NCBI GenBank assembly: GCA_963827685.1
Contig: CAWHBU010000006.1
Coordinates: 64,001 to 128,000 of the forward strand
Reading direction: 5' to 3'
From: an uncultured delta proteobacterium
GTDB lineage: Bacteria; Desulfobacterota; BSN033; UBA1163
DNA: 64,000 bases
Shown: positions 9,168-18,688 of the stretch, piece by piece
Numbering within the stretch: position 1 is the first letter of the stretch
How the letters are laid out: each line of letters opens with the position of its first letter
Notes under the pieces: model-generated
Databases searched by the model: none
Told to the model about the DNA's origin: nothing
What the model saw: the letters and a program-made list of their open reading frames with translations, nothing else
Translations under genes and position numbers: made by a program

Positions 9168-10886
9168 ATGAAATTCTTAAGAGTCGACATGTCGCGCAAG
9201 ACCACCCGTTTTGAGGAGGTACCCCGACCTTATCTCGGTTTGGGTGGCCGTGGCCTGACCTCGACGATGATCAACGCTGAGGTGCCTCCGACATGTGATC
9301 CCCTGGGCCCGGAAAACAAGCTCATTTTCGCCCCCGGGATTTTAAGTGGGACCAGTTTGGTGAATACCAGCCGAATCTCTGTCGGCGCTAAAAGCCCCTT
9401 AACCGGCACCATCAAGGAAAGCAATGCCGGAGGCACCATCGCGGCAGCCCTGGGGCACCTGGGGATTACGGCCATCATTATCGAGAGCCAGGCAGCAAAG
9501 GGGGAACTGTTTATTCTGCGGATTGATGAAAATGGAGAGGCCAGCCTCTTACCAGCCAAGGAGTTCAAAGGAATGCGGACCTACAGCCTGGTAGATAAAT
9601 TGCTGAAGACCTATGGAGACAAGACGTCGGTCATGTGCATTGGCCCGGCTGGAGAATATCTCGTTAGGTCCGCTTCCATTCAGGCCTCGGATATCGACGG
9701 CCGCCCCTGCCGATCAGCTGGGCGAGGAGGACTTGGCGCGGTCATGGGGGCCAAAGGCCTGAAGGCCGTGGTTGTGGATCAGCGTGGAAAAAGTCCTGAT
9801 GCGATTGCCGATCCAGAAACCTTTAGAGAATCGGCCAAAATCTTTGCCCAAAAGATCAAAGACAATCCTTTTAGCGGCCAGCTCCTGCCAAGCCTTGGGA
9901 CTGCCGGATTGGTTTCCGCGGTAAACTCCATGGGCGCCTTCCCCAGTTATAATGCCACCAAAGGGGTTCTTGACGGCTGGGAAATGATCAGCGGAGAAAC
10001 TATGGTCCAGATCATGAAGGAACGCGGCGGAGGTCCCGGCCATATGGGTTGTGCCCAATGCATCATCCACTGCTCCAACATTTACGTGGATAAGCAAGGG
10101 AAATATGTTACCTCTTCACTGGAATATGAGACCATCTGGTCCTTTGGCGGCATGACCGGAATAAAAGACATGGATACCATCGCCCGCTTAGACTTCCTCT
10201 GCGATGACATTGGGCTGGATACCATAAACACCGGTGTCGCCGTCGCCGTGGCCATGGATGCAGGATATAAAAAATTTGGAGACGCCCAGGCAGCCCTCCA
10301 GATGGTGGAAGAGATTGGCCAGGGCACCGAAATGGGCAAGGTGTTAGGAAACGGCCCGGCGGCTGTGGGACGCCATTTCAACCATCTCCGGATCCCAGCG
10401 GTAAAAGGCCAGAGCATTGCCGCCTATGACCCGAGAGCCATGCAAGGAAACGGCGTGACCTATGCCACCTCGCCCATGGGTGCTGATCATACGGCCGGAA
10501 ATGTGATCGGCGAATACATGGCCCGAAAACTCAATCCTCTAAAGCCCGAAGGCCAGGTCGCAGCCTCGCGAAACGCACAGATTGCCATGGCCGCTGTCGA
10601 TTGCATCGGTCTTTGTATCCTGGCAGCAGTTGCGCTGGCCGCGCCGGAGGCAAGGGAGGCCTTGGTCAAGGCGCTGAGTGCTAAATTGGGCACCCCGCTT
10701 GGGCCTGATGCCATTCCTCAGTTGGGGGTCCGCACCTTACAGGCTGAGAGAGAATTTAATCGCAAAGCGGGCTTTACCAATAAGGATGATCGGCTTCCCG
10801 ACTTTTTCTATAAGGAAGCTCTGCCGCCTCATAATACTGTGTTCGCAATCACCGATGCGGAGCTGGACACCACGTTTTCCTTTTAA
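9168..10886 (+). CDS. aor: Tungsten-dependent aldehyde:ferredoxin oxidoreductase family protein
   Basis: KSPLTGTIKESNAGG, IGPAGE, GRGGLGAVMGAKGLKA, CxxCxxxC, EYET, DD.GLD.I, ADHT. Confidence 0.92.
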   Translation: MKFLRVDMSRKTTRFEEVPRPYLGLGGRGLTSTMINAEVPPTCDPLGPENKLIFAPGILSGTSLVNTSRISVGAKSPLTGTIKESNAGGTIAAALGHLGITAIIIESQAAKGELFILRIDENGEASLLPAKEFKGMRTYSLVDKLLKTYGDKTSVMCIGPAGEYLVRSASIQASDIDGRPCRSAGRGGLGAVMGAKGLKAVVVDQRGKSPDAIADPETFRESAKIFAQKIKDNPFSGQLLPSLGTAGLVSAVNSMGAFPSYNATKGVLDGWEMISGETMVQIMKERGGGPGHMGCAQCIIHCSNIYVDKQGKYVTSSLEYETIWSFGGMTGIKDMDTIARLDFLCDDIGLDTINTGVAVAVAMDAGYKKFGDAQAALQMVEEIGQGTEMGKVLGNGPAAVGRHFNHLRIPAVKGQSIAAYDPRAMQGNGVTYATSPMGADHTAGNVIGEYMARKLNPLKPEGQVAASRNAQIAMAAVDCIGLCILAAVALAAPEAREALVKALSAKLGTPLGPDAIPQLGVRTLQAEREFNRKAGFTNKDDRLPDFFYKEALPPHNTVFAITDAELDTTFSF

Positions 10887-10934
10887 TGGGCCTCTTAGCT
10901 GAAGATCACATCATTGGTCTGTTGGGTATTCCGG

Positions 10935-11020
10935 GAGGATTAGCGCAAAACCCAATCGATGCGGGGACTTTGAATTTGGCCATATTTTTTGTAAAATTCG
11001 ATGATCTCTCTGGGGTAAAA
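10935..11020 (-). pseudogene. Possible remnant of an acyl-CoA ligase C-terminus
   Basis: The minus strand reads EIIEFYKK, a frameshift, then NMAKFKVPASIGF. This matches the AMP-binding C-terminal pattern seen in the 7244 gene (EIIAFCREKLAAYKVP). Confidence 0.4.
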
Positions 11021-11029
11021 CTTCTAAGG

Positions 11030-12016
11030 TCAAAAGATCTTACTCCCCGCGGCCAGGCATTCCGCCGCCTCCTTGGCCATGGTGTCGAGAAGTTCCTTAC
11101 AGCTTAAGACCCCTTTGATCAAACCTATGGATTGGCCCACCATCAGCGGGGCACGTTCAACATTTCCCTCCTCCCAAGCTTCTTTGATCCGCTCCCCGGA
11201 AAGGAGGGGAATAAGTTCCTGCAGCCCGCCACCCCGAGCCTCAATGGCGACGATTTCTTCGATCACTTTGTTTTTCAAAGCCCTTCCCTGGAGGCCGATC
11301 GATTTCCCGAAGATCGTGGTTTCAAATTCCTGTCTCCGGATCAGTTCCTGCTTGATGTTTTCGTGAACGGCGCATTCCTGGGTGGCGATGAATCGGCTGG
11401 CCATCATGACCCCTTGGGCCCCCAGCATAAAAGCTGCGGCCATAGTGCGTCCGTCGGCAATTCCTCCCACCGCGACCACCGGGATCTTCACGGAATCGAC
11501 AATCCGGGGCGTCAGGACCATCGTGGTCACATCATCACTGAGGGGGTGTCCTCCTTCCTCGATGCCAGCGGCATAAATACCATCATATCCGGACTTCTCG
11601 GCGTGGACGGCATGGCGTACAGACCCTACCTTATGGAAAAGTTTCACCCCTGCCTTCTTGAGCATCTCCACAGCTCCTTTTCCGGCAACCTTATCCAGGG
11701 GAGCACCGGAGACCTCGATCCCGGCTATCCTCTCCTCTGTACAAACTCTTAGGTACATCTGATGATGTTCGGCCGTCATTCGCACGGAAGGAAGCACCGT
11801 GACATTGACCATAAACGGCTTGTCCGTAAGCTTTCGGGTCTCGCGGATGGCCTGGCGGAATTCTTCCTCCGTCCCATAGTTGCCAGCCGTCAGGTTCCCC
11901 ATCCCGCCGGCGTTGGAAATAGCAGCGCATAAGGACGGTTTACATAACCACATCATCCCTCCGCAGATGATCGGATACTTTATGCCAAACATTTCAGTGA
12001 TCGCTGTCTTGAACAT
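11030..12016 (-). CDS. Nitronate monooxygenase/FabK-family FMN oxidoreductase (enoyl reductase-like)
   Basis: T.+TE.FGI.YPII.GGM, AISNAGG.G, E.GGH, +P+VA.GGIADG, RF.AT.E, GQS.GLI. Confidence 0.88.
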   Translation of the reverse strand: MFKTAITEMFGIKYPIICGGMMWLCKPSLCAAISNAGGMGNLTAGNYGTEEEFRQAIRETRKLTDKPFMVNVTVLPSVRMTAEHHQMYLRVCTEERIAGIEVSGAPLDKVAGKGAVEMLKKAGVKLFHKVGSVRHAVHAEKSGYDGIYAAGIEEGGHPLSDDVTTMVLTPRIVDSVKIPVVAVGGIADGRTMAAAFMLGAQGVMMASRFIATQECAVHENIKQELIRRQEFETTIFGKSIGLQGRALKNKVIEEIVAIEARGGGLQELIPLLSGERIKEAWEEGNVERAPLMVGQSIGLIKGVLSCKELLDTMAKEAAECLAAGSKIF

Positions 12017-12376
12017 AAATTCCTCGTTTCAGCAACATATCTGCTCCAAATCCGAAAAAGAGGTACCCCGGCAAAAACGGTCCTTAAACAAATCGGTAGG
12101 TTCGAAAATGATAAACCTTGATCTCTCAATTTGACCGGGCAGTTTAAAGAAGTTACTAAAATTTAAACAAGGAGTCAAATAAGAAATCGAAAGATCAAAA
12201 TTTTTTCTTGACTTTTTTCTTAGACTCTTTAGTATAAGTTTCTATTCCTTCTTCTTTTATAGAGGGACATGCAACATTTTCCCGGTTGTTCTAAAGGAAG
12301 TCTTTTTAGGCCACGGAAAGGCAGGTCCAGCATTCTGCCGATTTCTTAACGACTCAAACAAGTGAGCGACAAATCT

Positions 12377-13252
12377 ATGTGGAATACCTTCCAAGTCGTC
12401 CTCATTTACGCGTTTGTCCTCGGGTCTCTTTATCTGTTAATCTCCCTGGGCTTCTCCATCATCTGCGGCGTGCTGAGAATCTTCCATCTGGGATATGCCT
12501 ACCTCTTTACTTTGAGCGTCTATCTCACCTGGATGTTTATGAAAGAATTTGGTTTGGGATTATTCCCTGCCATTATAGGCATGGTCATCCTCCAGTTTGT
12601 TATTTCAATCCTTATTTATAAGGGGATTATCATAAAATATGTGCAGCGGGAGGAGATTCTCCTGACAGGGCTTCTCTTGTTTTCCCTCATTGTGGAGCAA
12701 GTCGTCAATTATCGCTACCCAATCCAGGCTGGCGTCTACGTACAGACGACCCTGATCAATGGAAGTTCTAAGATCGGAACGGCTGTCATTTCCAATCAGC
12801 TCCTGGCGGGAGCGGGAATCGCCCTTCTCCTTACTTTTTTATTCGTCCTTTTCTTCCTTAAAACTAAGACGGGTTTGGCGGTGCGCGCCATCTCCCAGGA
12901 TATTCTCAGCAGCAGGATCATCGGGGTTAATGTCGAGAGCCTCTATGTTTTCACTATGATGCTTGTCCTGATTCCGGTGATTGTCGGCACACTGATCGTG
13001 GCTCCGGTCTGGTCAGTGGAGCCAGGGATGGGTTCAATTTATATGACTACCGCCATCCTGGTAGCCATTCTGGGCGGCCTGGGAAACATTAAAGGAACCA
13101 TTATTGCCAGTTTTCTTATCGGCTTTACCCACTCCTTTGTGTCTTTCGTGCTGGGGGAGCCTCGATTTATGAACCTCTCGGCTTTGGTTCTGGTCATGAT
13201 CATCCTGATGGTAAGACCGCAGGGGATCGCTAAGAGTGAGGCCTTATGGTAG
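12377..13252 (+). CDS. livH: ABC permease LivH
   Basis: SLG.S+I.G+..I.HL, TKTG.A+RA..QD, AILGG.G...G; the start could be GTG 12362. Confidence 0.88.
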   Translation: MWNTFQVVLIYAFVLGSLYLLISLGFSIICGVLRIFHLGYAYLFTLSVYLTWMFMKEFGLGLFPAIIGMVILQFVISILIYKGIIIKYVQREEILLTGLLLFSLIVEQVVNYRYPIQAGVYVQTTLINGSSKIGTAVISNQLLAGAGIALLLTFLFVLFFLKTKTGLAVRAISQDILSSRIIGVNVESLYVFTMMLVLIPVIVGTLIVAPVWSVEPGMGSIYMTTAILVAILGGLGNIKGTIIASFLIGFTHSFVSFVLGEPRFMNLSALVLVMIILMVRPQGIAKSEALW

Positions 13253-14286
13253 ATGCTGAAATTAAAAGAGACCGGATTATCATCCGCCACAAAGGGAAAA
13301 AGTGGGACTGGATGCTGGAGCCCAGATACTGGAGGAACACCTTCTTATGGGCAGCCTGCTTGCTCATCTTTCCCATCCTATGCTACTTTGTCAGCCCCAT
13401 CCTCCTGAATACGTTGATCACAGCCAATCTTTATGCCGCTATAGCCATTCCTCTGGCCCTGATGACGGTGGGAACAGGTCGGCTTAATTTTGGCCCGAAT
13501 TTCTTCGTCGGCGTTGGGGGTTATACGGCAGCGATTCTTTCCATTGCTTATGGGTGGGGACCGCTAAAGACCCTTCCTCTCGCCATCCTGATCAGCTTGG
13601 TCTCCGCTCTTCTCTTCAGCCCTTTGGTGATTTTGGCCCGAGGTCTCTACTATGTCCTGCTCACCCTCCTCCTACCCCTTGTCTTTCTCGAAGTCACCTT
13701 CATCTATTCGGATCTCTTCAAGGGAGACGTGGGCTTGGCCGGGATCAAGCTGTTGATGGACCTCGGAAATGTAAAAATCAATTTCCTGGTGATTGCCTAC
13801 CTCTCCATATTCCTGGTGCTTCTTTATCTTCTTGTCGTAAACAAAATCGTTAAGTCCCGTTACGGTTTGATTATGGCCACGATCAATGACGACGAGGAGG
13901 TGGCTCACGGAATCGGGGTGAACATTAATAAGGTAAAGATCCTGGCCTTTGTCTTTGCCGCTGGGATGATCGGCGTCGTAGGATGGTTCTATGCCCATTA
14001 CTTCGGAACGTTTGCCGGGATCACTTATCTCCCGCTCACGTTCATGGTGAAAATTCTCCTCGTCATTTTCATCGGCGGGCGGGCCCAGGTCTTTGGGTGC
14101 GTGGCCGGGGGCTATTTCGTCGCCTTTCTGGAGATGATCCTGATCGCTACCCTGGGCAATATCCAGCCCGTGGTCTTCCCGATTATTCTTTTCATCCTCC
14201 TTTTTGCCTTGCCCGAGGGCCTTTTCGGAATCTATAGGAAACGGCGGTATCGCGAGTATTTGCCGACCTTGCACGTACGGAGATAG
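13246..14286 (+). CDS. livM: ABC permease LivM
   Basis: G.LNFG...F.GVG.Y, RG.Y, S+YG......DDE..A..+G+N, LPEGL.G. Confidence 0.88.
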   Translation: MVDAEIKRDRIIIRHKGKKWDWMLEPRYWRNTFLWAACLLIFPILCYFVSPILLNTLITANLYAAIAIPLALMTVGTGRLNFGPNFFVGVGGYTAAILSIAYGWGPLKTLPLAILISLVSALLFSPLVILARGLYYVLLTLLLPLVFLEVTFIYSDLFKGDVGLAGIKLLMDLGNVKINFLVIAYLSIFLVLLYLLVVNKIVKSRYGLIMATINDDEEVAHGIGVNINKVKILAFVFAAGMIGVVGWFYAHYFGTFAGITYLPLTFMVKILLVIFIGGRAQVFGCVAGGYFVAFLEMILIATLGNIQPVVFPIILFILLFALPEGLFGIYRKRRYREYLPTLHVRR

Positions 14287-14292
14287 AGTGAA

Positions 14293-15066
14293 ATGTCCGA
14301 GATCTTGAAAGTCAGAAATATCACGAAGAGTTTTGGGGGCCTCACTGCTGTCAATAAGCTTAGCTTCGACATCAGTCCGGGAGAAACGGTGGGCCTGATC
14401 GGACCGAATGGAGCGGGCAAAACAACTCTGGTTAATCTCCTCTGCGGTTCCTACTATGCGGATTCCGGTGAGATCGAGATGGACGGCAAGCTTATCACCC
14501 GGATGAAGCCATACCAACGATGCCGGATGGGTCTCAGCCGAACTTACCAGATTCCCCGCCCCTTTCCGGAGCTGACCGCCCTCATGAGCGTGGTGACCAG
14601 TGCCCTCTGCGGAAAAAAAAGGATTAACCGGGGCTTGGACGATGCTGCTGCGGAGGCGACCCATTACCTGGAATTTGTGGGGCTCTTCAGCAAGCGCAAT
14701 ATCCTAGCTCACGATCTGACCTTCTTCGAACTCCGTATGCTGGAATTGGCCCGAGCGTTGGCGACTACGCCGAAGCTTCTCTTCGTTGATGAGGTAATGG
14801 CCGGGCTCAATCCAGGAGAGGCCAACAGGGCTGTCCATCTCATTGCCCGCGCTAAGGAAGAGTTTGGTCTGACCATCTTCTGGATCGAGCACGTGATGGC
14901 AGTCTTGATGGAGGCAGCCGAGCGAATCATTGCCATTCATTTTGGCGAGAAGCTTGCTGAGGGGACTCCAGAAGAGATCGCCAATAACGACAAGGTGATT
15001 GAAGCTTATCTCGGCTCTGGATGGCGCAAAACAAATAGAGCAGAGCAAACCACGCGAAGCGCATAG
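14293..15066 (+). CDS. livG: ABC ATPase LivG
   Basis: FGGL.AV, GPNGAGKTT, DEVMAGLN, IEHVM, AYLG. Confidence 0.92.
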   Translation: MSEILKVRNITKSFGGLTAVNKLSFDISPGETVGLIGPNGAGKTTLVNLLCGSYYADSGEIEMDGKLITRMKPYQRCRMGLSRTYQIPRPFPELTALMSVVTSALCGKKRINRGLDDAAAEATHYLEFVGLFSKRNILAHDLTFFELRMLELARALATTPKLLFVDEVMAGLNPGEANRAVHLIARAKEEFGLTIFWIEHVMAVLMEAAERIIAIHFGEKLAEGTPEEIANNDKVIEAYLGSGWRKTNRAEQTTRSA

Positions 15067-15162
15067 GGCAGAGCCAAAAGACCACGCTTAATGGGATTTT
15101 TTGCTTTAGGCACTTCAGGGTAGTCGAGTTTTTTTACGCTATGCGCACTGCGCTATGCGTTT
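15057..15162. repeat. Second inverted heptamer-repeat element between livG and livF
   Basis: AAGCGCATAGGGCAGAGC ... GCTATGCGCACTGCGCTATGCGTTT (complementary arms). Confidence 0.65.
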
Positions 15163-15196
15163 TCAACTTTTAGGCGTTTAGGGTTCGAGGCAGACC

Positions 15197-15901
15197 ATGC
15201 TTGAGGTAAAAAACCTTCATGTATCCTATGGAGTCATTCCCGTCCTGCACGACGTCAGTTTATCAATCCAGGAGAATGAAGTTGTGGCTTTGTTAGGTTC
15301 AAATGGGGCCGGCAAGAGTACTCTCCTAAATACAATCCAGGGGATTATAAAACCTACTTCCGGAAGCATCTGGTTTTTGGGTAAGTCCATTGAAAACCTT
15401 CCTGCGCACAAGGTCATCGCCGCGGGAATTGCCCAGGTTCCCGAGGGCAGACGGCTCTTCCCTTACATGACTGTGAAGGAAAATCTCCTCCTGGGAGCAT
15501 ATCCCGGGAAGGCTTGGAAGGCTAAACAGAAAAGAATGGAATGGATCATGGAGCTTTTCCCGATTCTCAAAGAGAGAGCAAATATGCCCTCCCGTTCCCT
15601 TTCGGGAGGAGAGCAGCAGATGCTTACCATCGGCAGAGGGCTGATGGCCCAGCCCCAGCTCCTTATGGTGGATGAGCCCTCTTTAGGATTAGCTCCCGTC
15701 GTCCAGGACAATCTTTACGAGACCCTGGGAAAGCTCCGGCAGTCCAGGATCACCATTTTGCTCCCCGAGCAGAACGCGTTACGGGCCCTGGGAATTGCTG
15801 ATCGTGGCTACGTGATGCAAGATGGGAGGATCGTGCTCGAGGGAAATGCCGCCAGTTTAATGCAGAGCGATTTGGTGAAGAAGGCCTACCTGGGGAGGTA
15901 A
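15197..15901 (+). CDS. livF: ABC ATPase LivF
   Basis: GSNGAGKSTL, VPEGRRLF, LSGGEQQML, DEPSLGLAP. Confidence 0.93.
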   Translation: MLEVKNLHVSYGVIPVLHDVSLSIQENEVVALLGSNGAGKSTLLNTIQGIIKPTSGSIWFLGKSIENLPAHKVIAAGIAQVPEGRRLFPYMTVKENLLLGAYPGKAWKAKQKRMEWIMELFPILKERANMPSRSLSGGEQQMLTIGRGLMAQPQLLMVDEPSLGLAPVVQDNLYETLGKLRQSRITILLPEQNALRALGIADRGYVMQDGRIVLEGNAASLMQSDLVKKAYLGR

Positions 15902-15904
15902 CGA

Positions 15905-17260
15905 ATGGAAGATTATTTTTCCTATACGGCCAAACTTTTTGACCCTGCCGCCATCAACAAGAAAGCGGAGATCCTCAAAGGGATCCGTGTTCTGGATTTC
16001 TCCCACGTCATCTTTGGCCCCACGGCCACCCGGCTTCTGGCCCAGTACGGGGCAGAAGTCATTAAGCTCGAACTCCCTTTTCATGGAGACCTCTGGAGGC
16101 CGGCCACCTATTGGGGAAAATACTGGAAGCATTCCAATCCTCTTTGGCATTTTGTCACCCAGAACAAATATTTTCTCGGTCTGGACTTGAAGAAGCCCGA
16201 GGCCAAAGAGATCATCTACCGGCTGGCCGAGACGGCAGATGTGGTCGCCGAGAACTTCGCCGCCGGAACGGCTGAAGCGTGGGGGGTAGGATACACCCGA
16301 ATCAGCGAAATCAACCCCAAGATCATCTACCTAAGTTGTTCGACCTACGGCCAGTATGGACCTTTACGTTTCTATCCCGGGTGGGACCTCCTTGCCCAGG
16401 CTGCCAGCGGTGTATTGAGCCTGACCGGTTACCCCGATACAGACAAGTATTACAAACTGCCTGATTACCTGGGAGACTACATCCCAGGCAATGTGGGAGC
16501 CATGGCCATTCTGATGGCCCTCTACTTTCGCAACAAGACGGGGAGGGGACAGTACATTGACCTTGCCCAGTCTGAGGCTTTGATGCGGCTGCTTTGGCAC
16601 TTCACGTTCTTCAACCTTACGGGGAAGGAGATTGGCCGCACTGGAAACAGTGATCCCACGATGGTCCCGGCTTCTATCTTTAAAACCCGGGATGGAAAGT
16701 TTATGGCTCTGGCGTGCGCGACCGAGAAACAATTTGCCGGTCTTTGCAGCGCGATGAACCAAGAAGATCTTCTCAAGGACAAAATTTACATGGATCCTTT
16801 CGAGAGACTGAAGCCGGCTAACGCCGCTGCGCTCACCAAGATTGCCGGCGACTGGTTAAAGTCTTTAAATGCAGAGGAGATTACCAAACTGGCCAATGAC
16901 AAAGGTTTTCCAGCCGCGGAAGTACTGGATGACTACCAGATTTGTCATGATCCCTGGAGGCGCCAGAGAGGAAGCGTCATCCTATTCAATGATGAGATGT
17001 ATAAAGAGTTGGTCCTGGCAGGACCCTCCGCCCAGCTCAGCAAGACGCCGGCCAGAACGAAATGGCTGGCCCGTCCGATAGGTTACCATAACCGGCTGGT
17101 GCTCAAAAAATTTATGGGCCTGTCGGAGGAAGAAATATCCTTGTTGGAGAAAAAAAGAATCATTGGCACCTTCGACGACCGGCCGGGGCTGAAGCCGCCC
17201 GTTTATTACAACCTGGATGAGGATCCGATCTTTAATTACGGGAGAGAGGAAAAAAAGTGA
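15905..17260 (+). CDS. Class III CoA-transferase (CaiB/BaiF family), subunit 1
   Basis: L.GIRVLD+S....GP, GAEVIK+E, ADVV.ENF, YGQ.GP, catalytic-type GWD...QA..G, TGRGQ.ID. Confidence 0.92.
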   Translation: MEDYFSYTAKLFDPAAINKKAEILKGIRVLDFSHVIFGPTATRLLAQYGAEVIKLELPFHGDLWRPATYWGKYWKHSNPLWHFVTQNKYFLGLDLKKPEAKEIIYRLAETADVVAENFAAGTAEAWGVGYTRISEINPKIIYLSCSTYGQYGPLRFYPGWDLLAQAASGVLSLTGYPDTDKYYKLPDYLGDYIPGNVGAMAILMALYFRNKTGRGQYIDLAQSEALMRLLWHFTFFNLTGKEIGRTGNSDPTMVPASIFKTRDGKFMALACATEKQFAGLCSAMNQEDLLKDKIYMDPFERLKPANAAALTKIAGDWLKSLNAEEITKLANDKGFPAAEVLDDYQICHDPWRRQRGSVILFNDEMYKELVLAGPSAQLSKTPARTKWLARPIGYHNRLVLKKFMGLSEEEISLLEKKRIIGTFDDRPGLKPPVYYNLDEDPIFNYGREEKK

Positions 17261-18609
17261 GCAACAAGCGGGAAAAGGAACAAGTTTACGCCCGATACGT
17301 AGCCTCGGGAAAGACGGTTCAACACCTGGCCTCCTGGGGAAAGAGGTTGGCCGAGGTGATGAACCCGGAAGGGAAACCCGAAGTCCTGGATGATATCTTA
17401 GTGTTGGATGCCAGTTACGCGAATTTCTCAGGGATCATCGCAGCCAGTTTTTTTGCCGAGTTCGGGGCCGAGGTCATTAAGATTGAGCCGCCCGATGGGG
17501 ATCCGGCCCGCAGGATAACCCCTCTGGGCGAAAATGTGAACGGCGTGGGGATCCCTTTTTTGATTGAGGGACGGAACAAGAGATACATGACGCTGGATCT
17601 CAGAAATTCCGAAAAGGACAGAAATGATTTTGCAAGATTGGCGGAAAAGGCTTCGGTGGTTATCGAAACCTTTGGAGCCGGGGAAATGGATTCCTGGGGC
17701 ATTGGATACCGGCAGCTCAGTCAGAAAAATCCCGGTATCATTTATATTGCCATCACTCCTTATGGCCAGTACACGGAAAAGGCCCGGCAATTTGCCCATT
17801 TTCCGGATTCAGACATTACTTCGCAGGCAGGCTCCGGTCTTCCGGCTCAGGTAGGCGATCCGGCGAACAGTCCCGAGCCTTATAACTGGCCCCTCAGAGC
17901 CGGGATGTGGGCTGGGTGGTACATCTCCGGACTCCATGCGGCTTTGGGAGGCTCTTTCGCTCTCATTCACCGTCAAAACACTGGGGAAGGCCAGATGGTG
18001 GACGTGGCCACCATGGATGCTTATTCCTGCATGGTTGGATTCCCGCCAACGATTGGCTATACGTGGGAGGCCCCCCGGCCGCGGATCGGAGTTCTCGATT
18101 TTATTCTCTATCCGTATGGTTGCTGGAAATGTAAGGATGGTTTTGTAGTAATTGCGGCTCCCCGTGACCATGACTTTCGAGCCCTTTTAAAAGTCCTTGG
18201 TTTGTGGAAATTAGAAGACGATTGGAGATTTACGCCGGACCGGATTCCCGATGTAGTCGATACGGCCATGGTTTTGTATAAGGCCATTGAGGAGAAAACC
18301 ATCTTATACACGGCTGATGAACTGGTGAATAAAGCGTTGAGATACAGCGCCAAGGCGGCACGGTCCAAATGGCGCGGCGGTGGCGTACCGATCGTTATGA
18401 AGGTGAATACGCCGCCCATGACCCTGGAAAGCAAACAGTTTGCCATTCGCAAAATCTTTCAGGAGGTCGAAGATGGGACCTTAGGAAAGTTCGTTATCAA
18501 CACTAGCTTCGTCAAGATGTCGGAATCTCCGCCGCGGGTCAAATGGGTTTCCTGTGATATCGGTAAGGACAATGACTATATCCGGAAAAAATATCTCCAG
18601 GACCGATGA
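17257..18609 (+). CDS. Class III CoA-transferase (CaiB/BaiF family), subunit 2
   Basis: FGAEVIKIEPP.GD, RNKR.+TLDL, +TPYGQ, SD+..QA, TGEGQ.VD; overlaps the upstream paralog by 4 nt. Confidence 0.9.
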   Translation: MSNKREKEQVYARYVASGKTVQHLASWGKRLAEVMNPEGKPEVLDDILVLDASYANFSGIIAASFFAEFGAEVIKIEPPDGDPARRITPLGENVNGVGIPFLIEGRNKRYMTLDLRNSEKDRNDFARLAEKASVVIETFGAGEMDSWGIGYRQLSQKNPGIIYIAITPYGQYTEKARQFAHFPDSDITSQAGSGLPAQVGDPANSPEPYNWPLRAGMWAGWYISGLHAALGGSFALIHRQNTGEGQMVDVATMDAYSCMVGFPPTIGYTWEAPRPRIGVLDFILYPYGCWKCKDGFVVIAAPRDHDFRALLKVLGLWKLEDDWRFTPDRIPDVVDTAMVLYKAIEEKTILYTADELVNKALRYSAKAARSKWRGGGVPIVMKVNTPPMTLESKQFAIRKIFQEVEDGTLGKFVINTSFVKMSESPPRVKWVSCDIGKDNDYIRKKYLQDR

Positions 18610-18688
18610 ACGGCCCGCAGGGGATATTCTTCAAGGTAGGGGAATTCTCACAATGACCCTACAAAAAAATAAGAAAGGAGGGCGTCCA

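Noticed and set aside
13672-14664. Long antisense ORFs (also 42699-43310, 61718-62407, 63090-63569 and others)
   Set aside because: They lie opposite well-supported genes and show no motifs.
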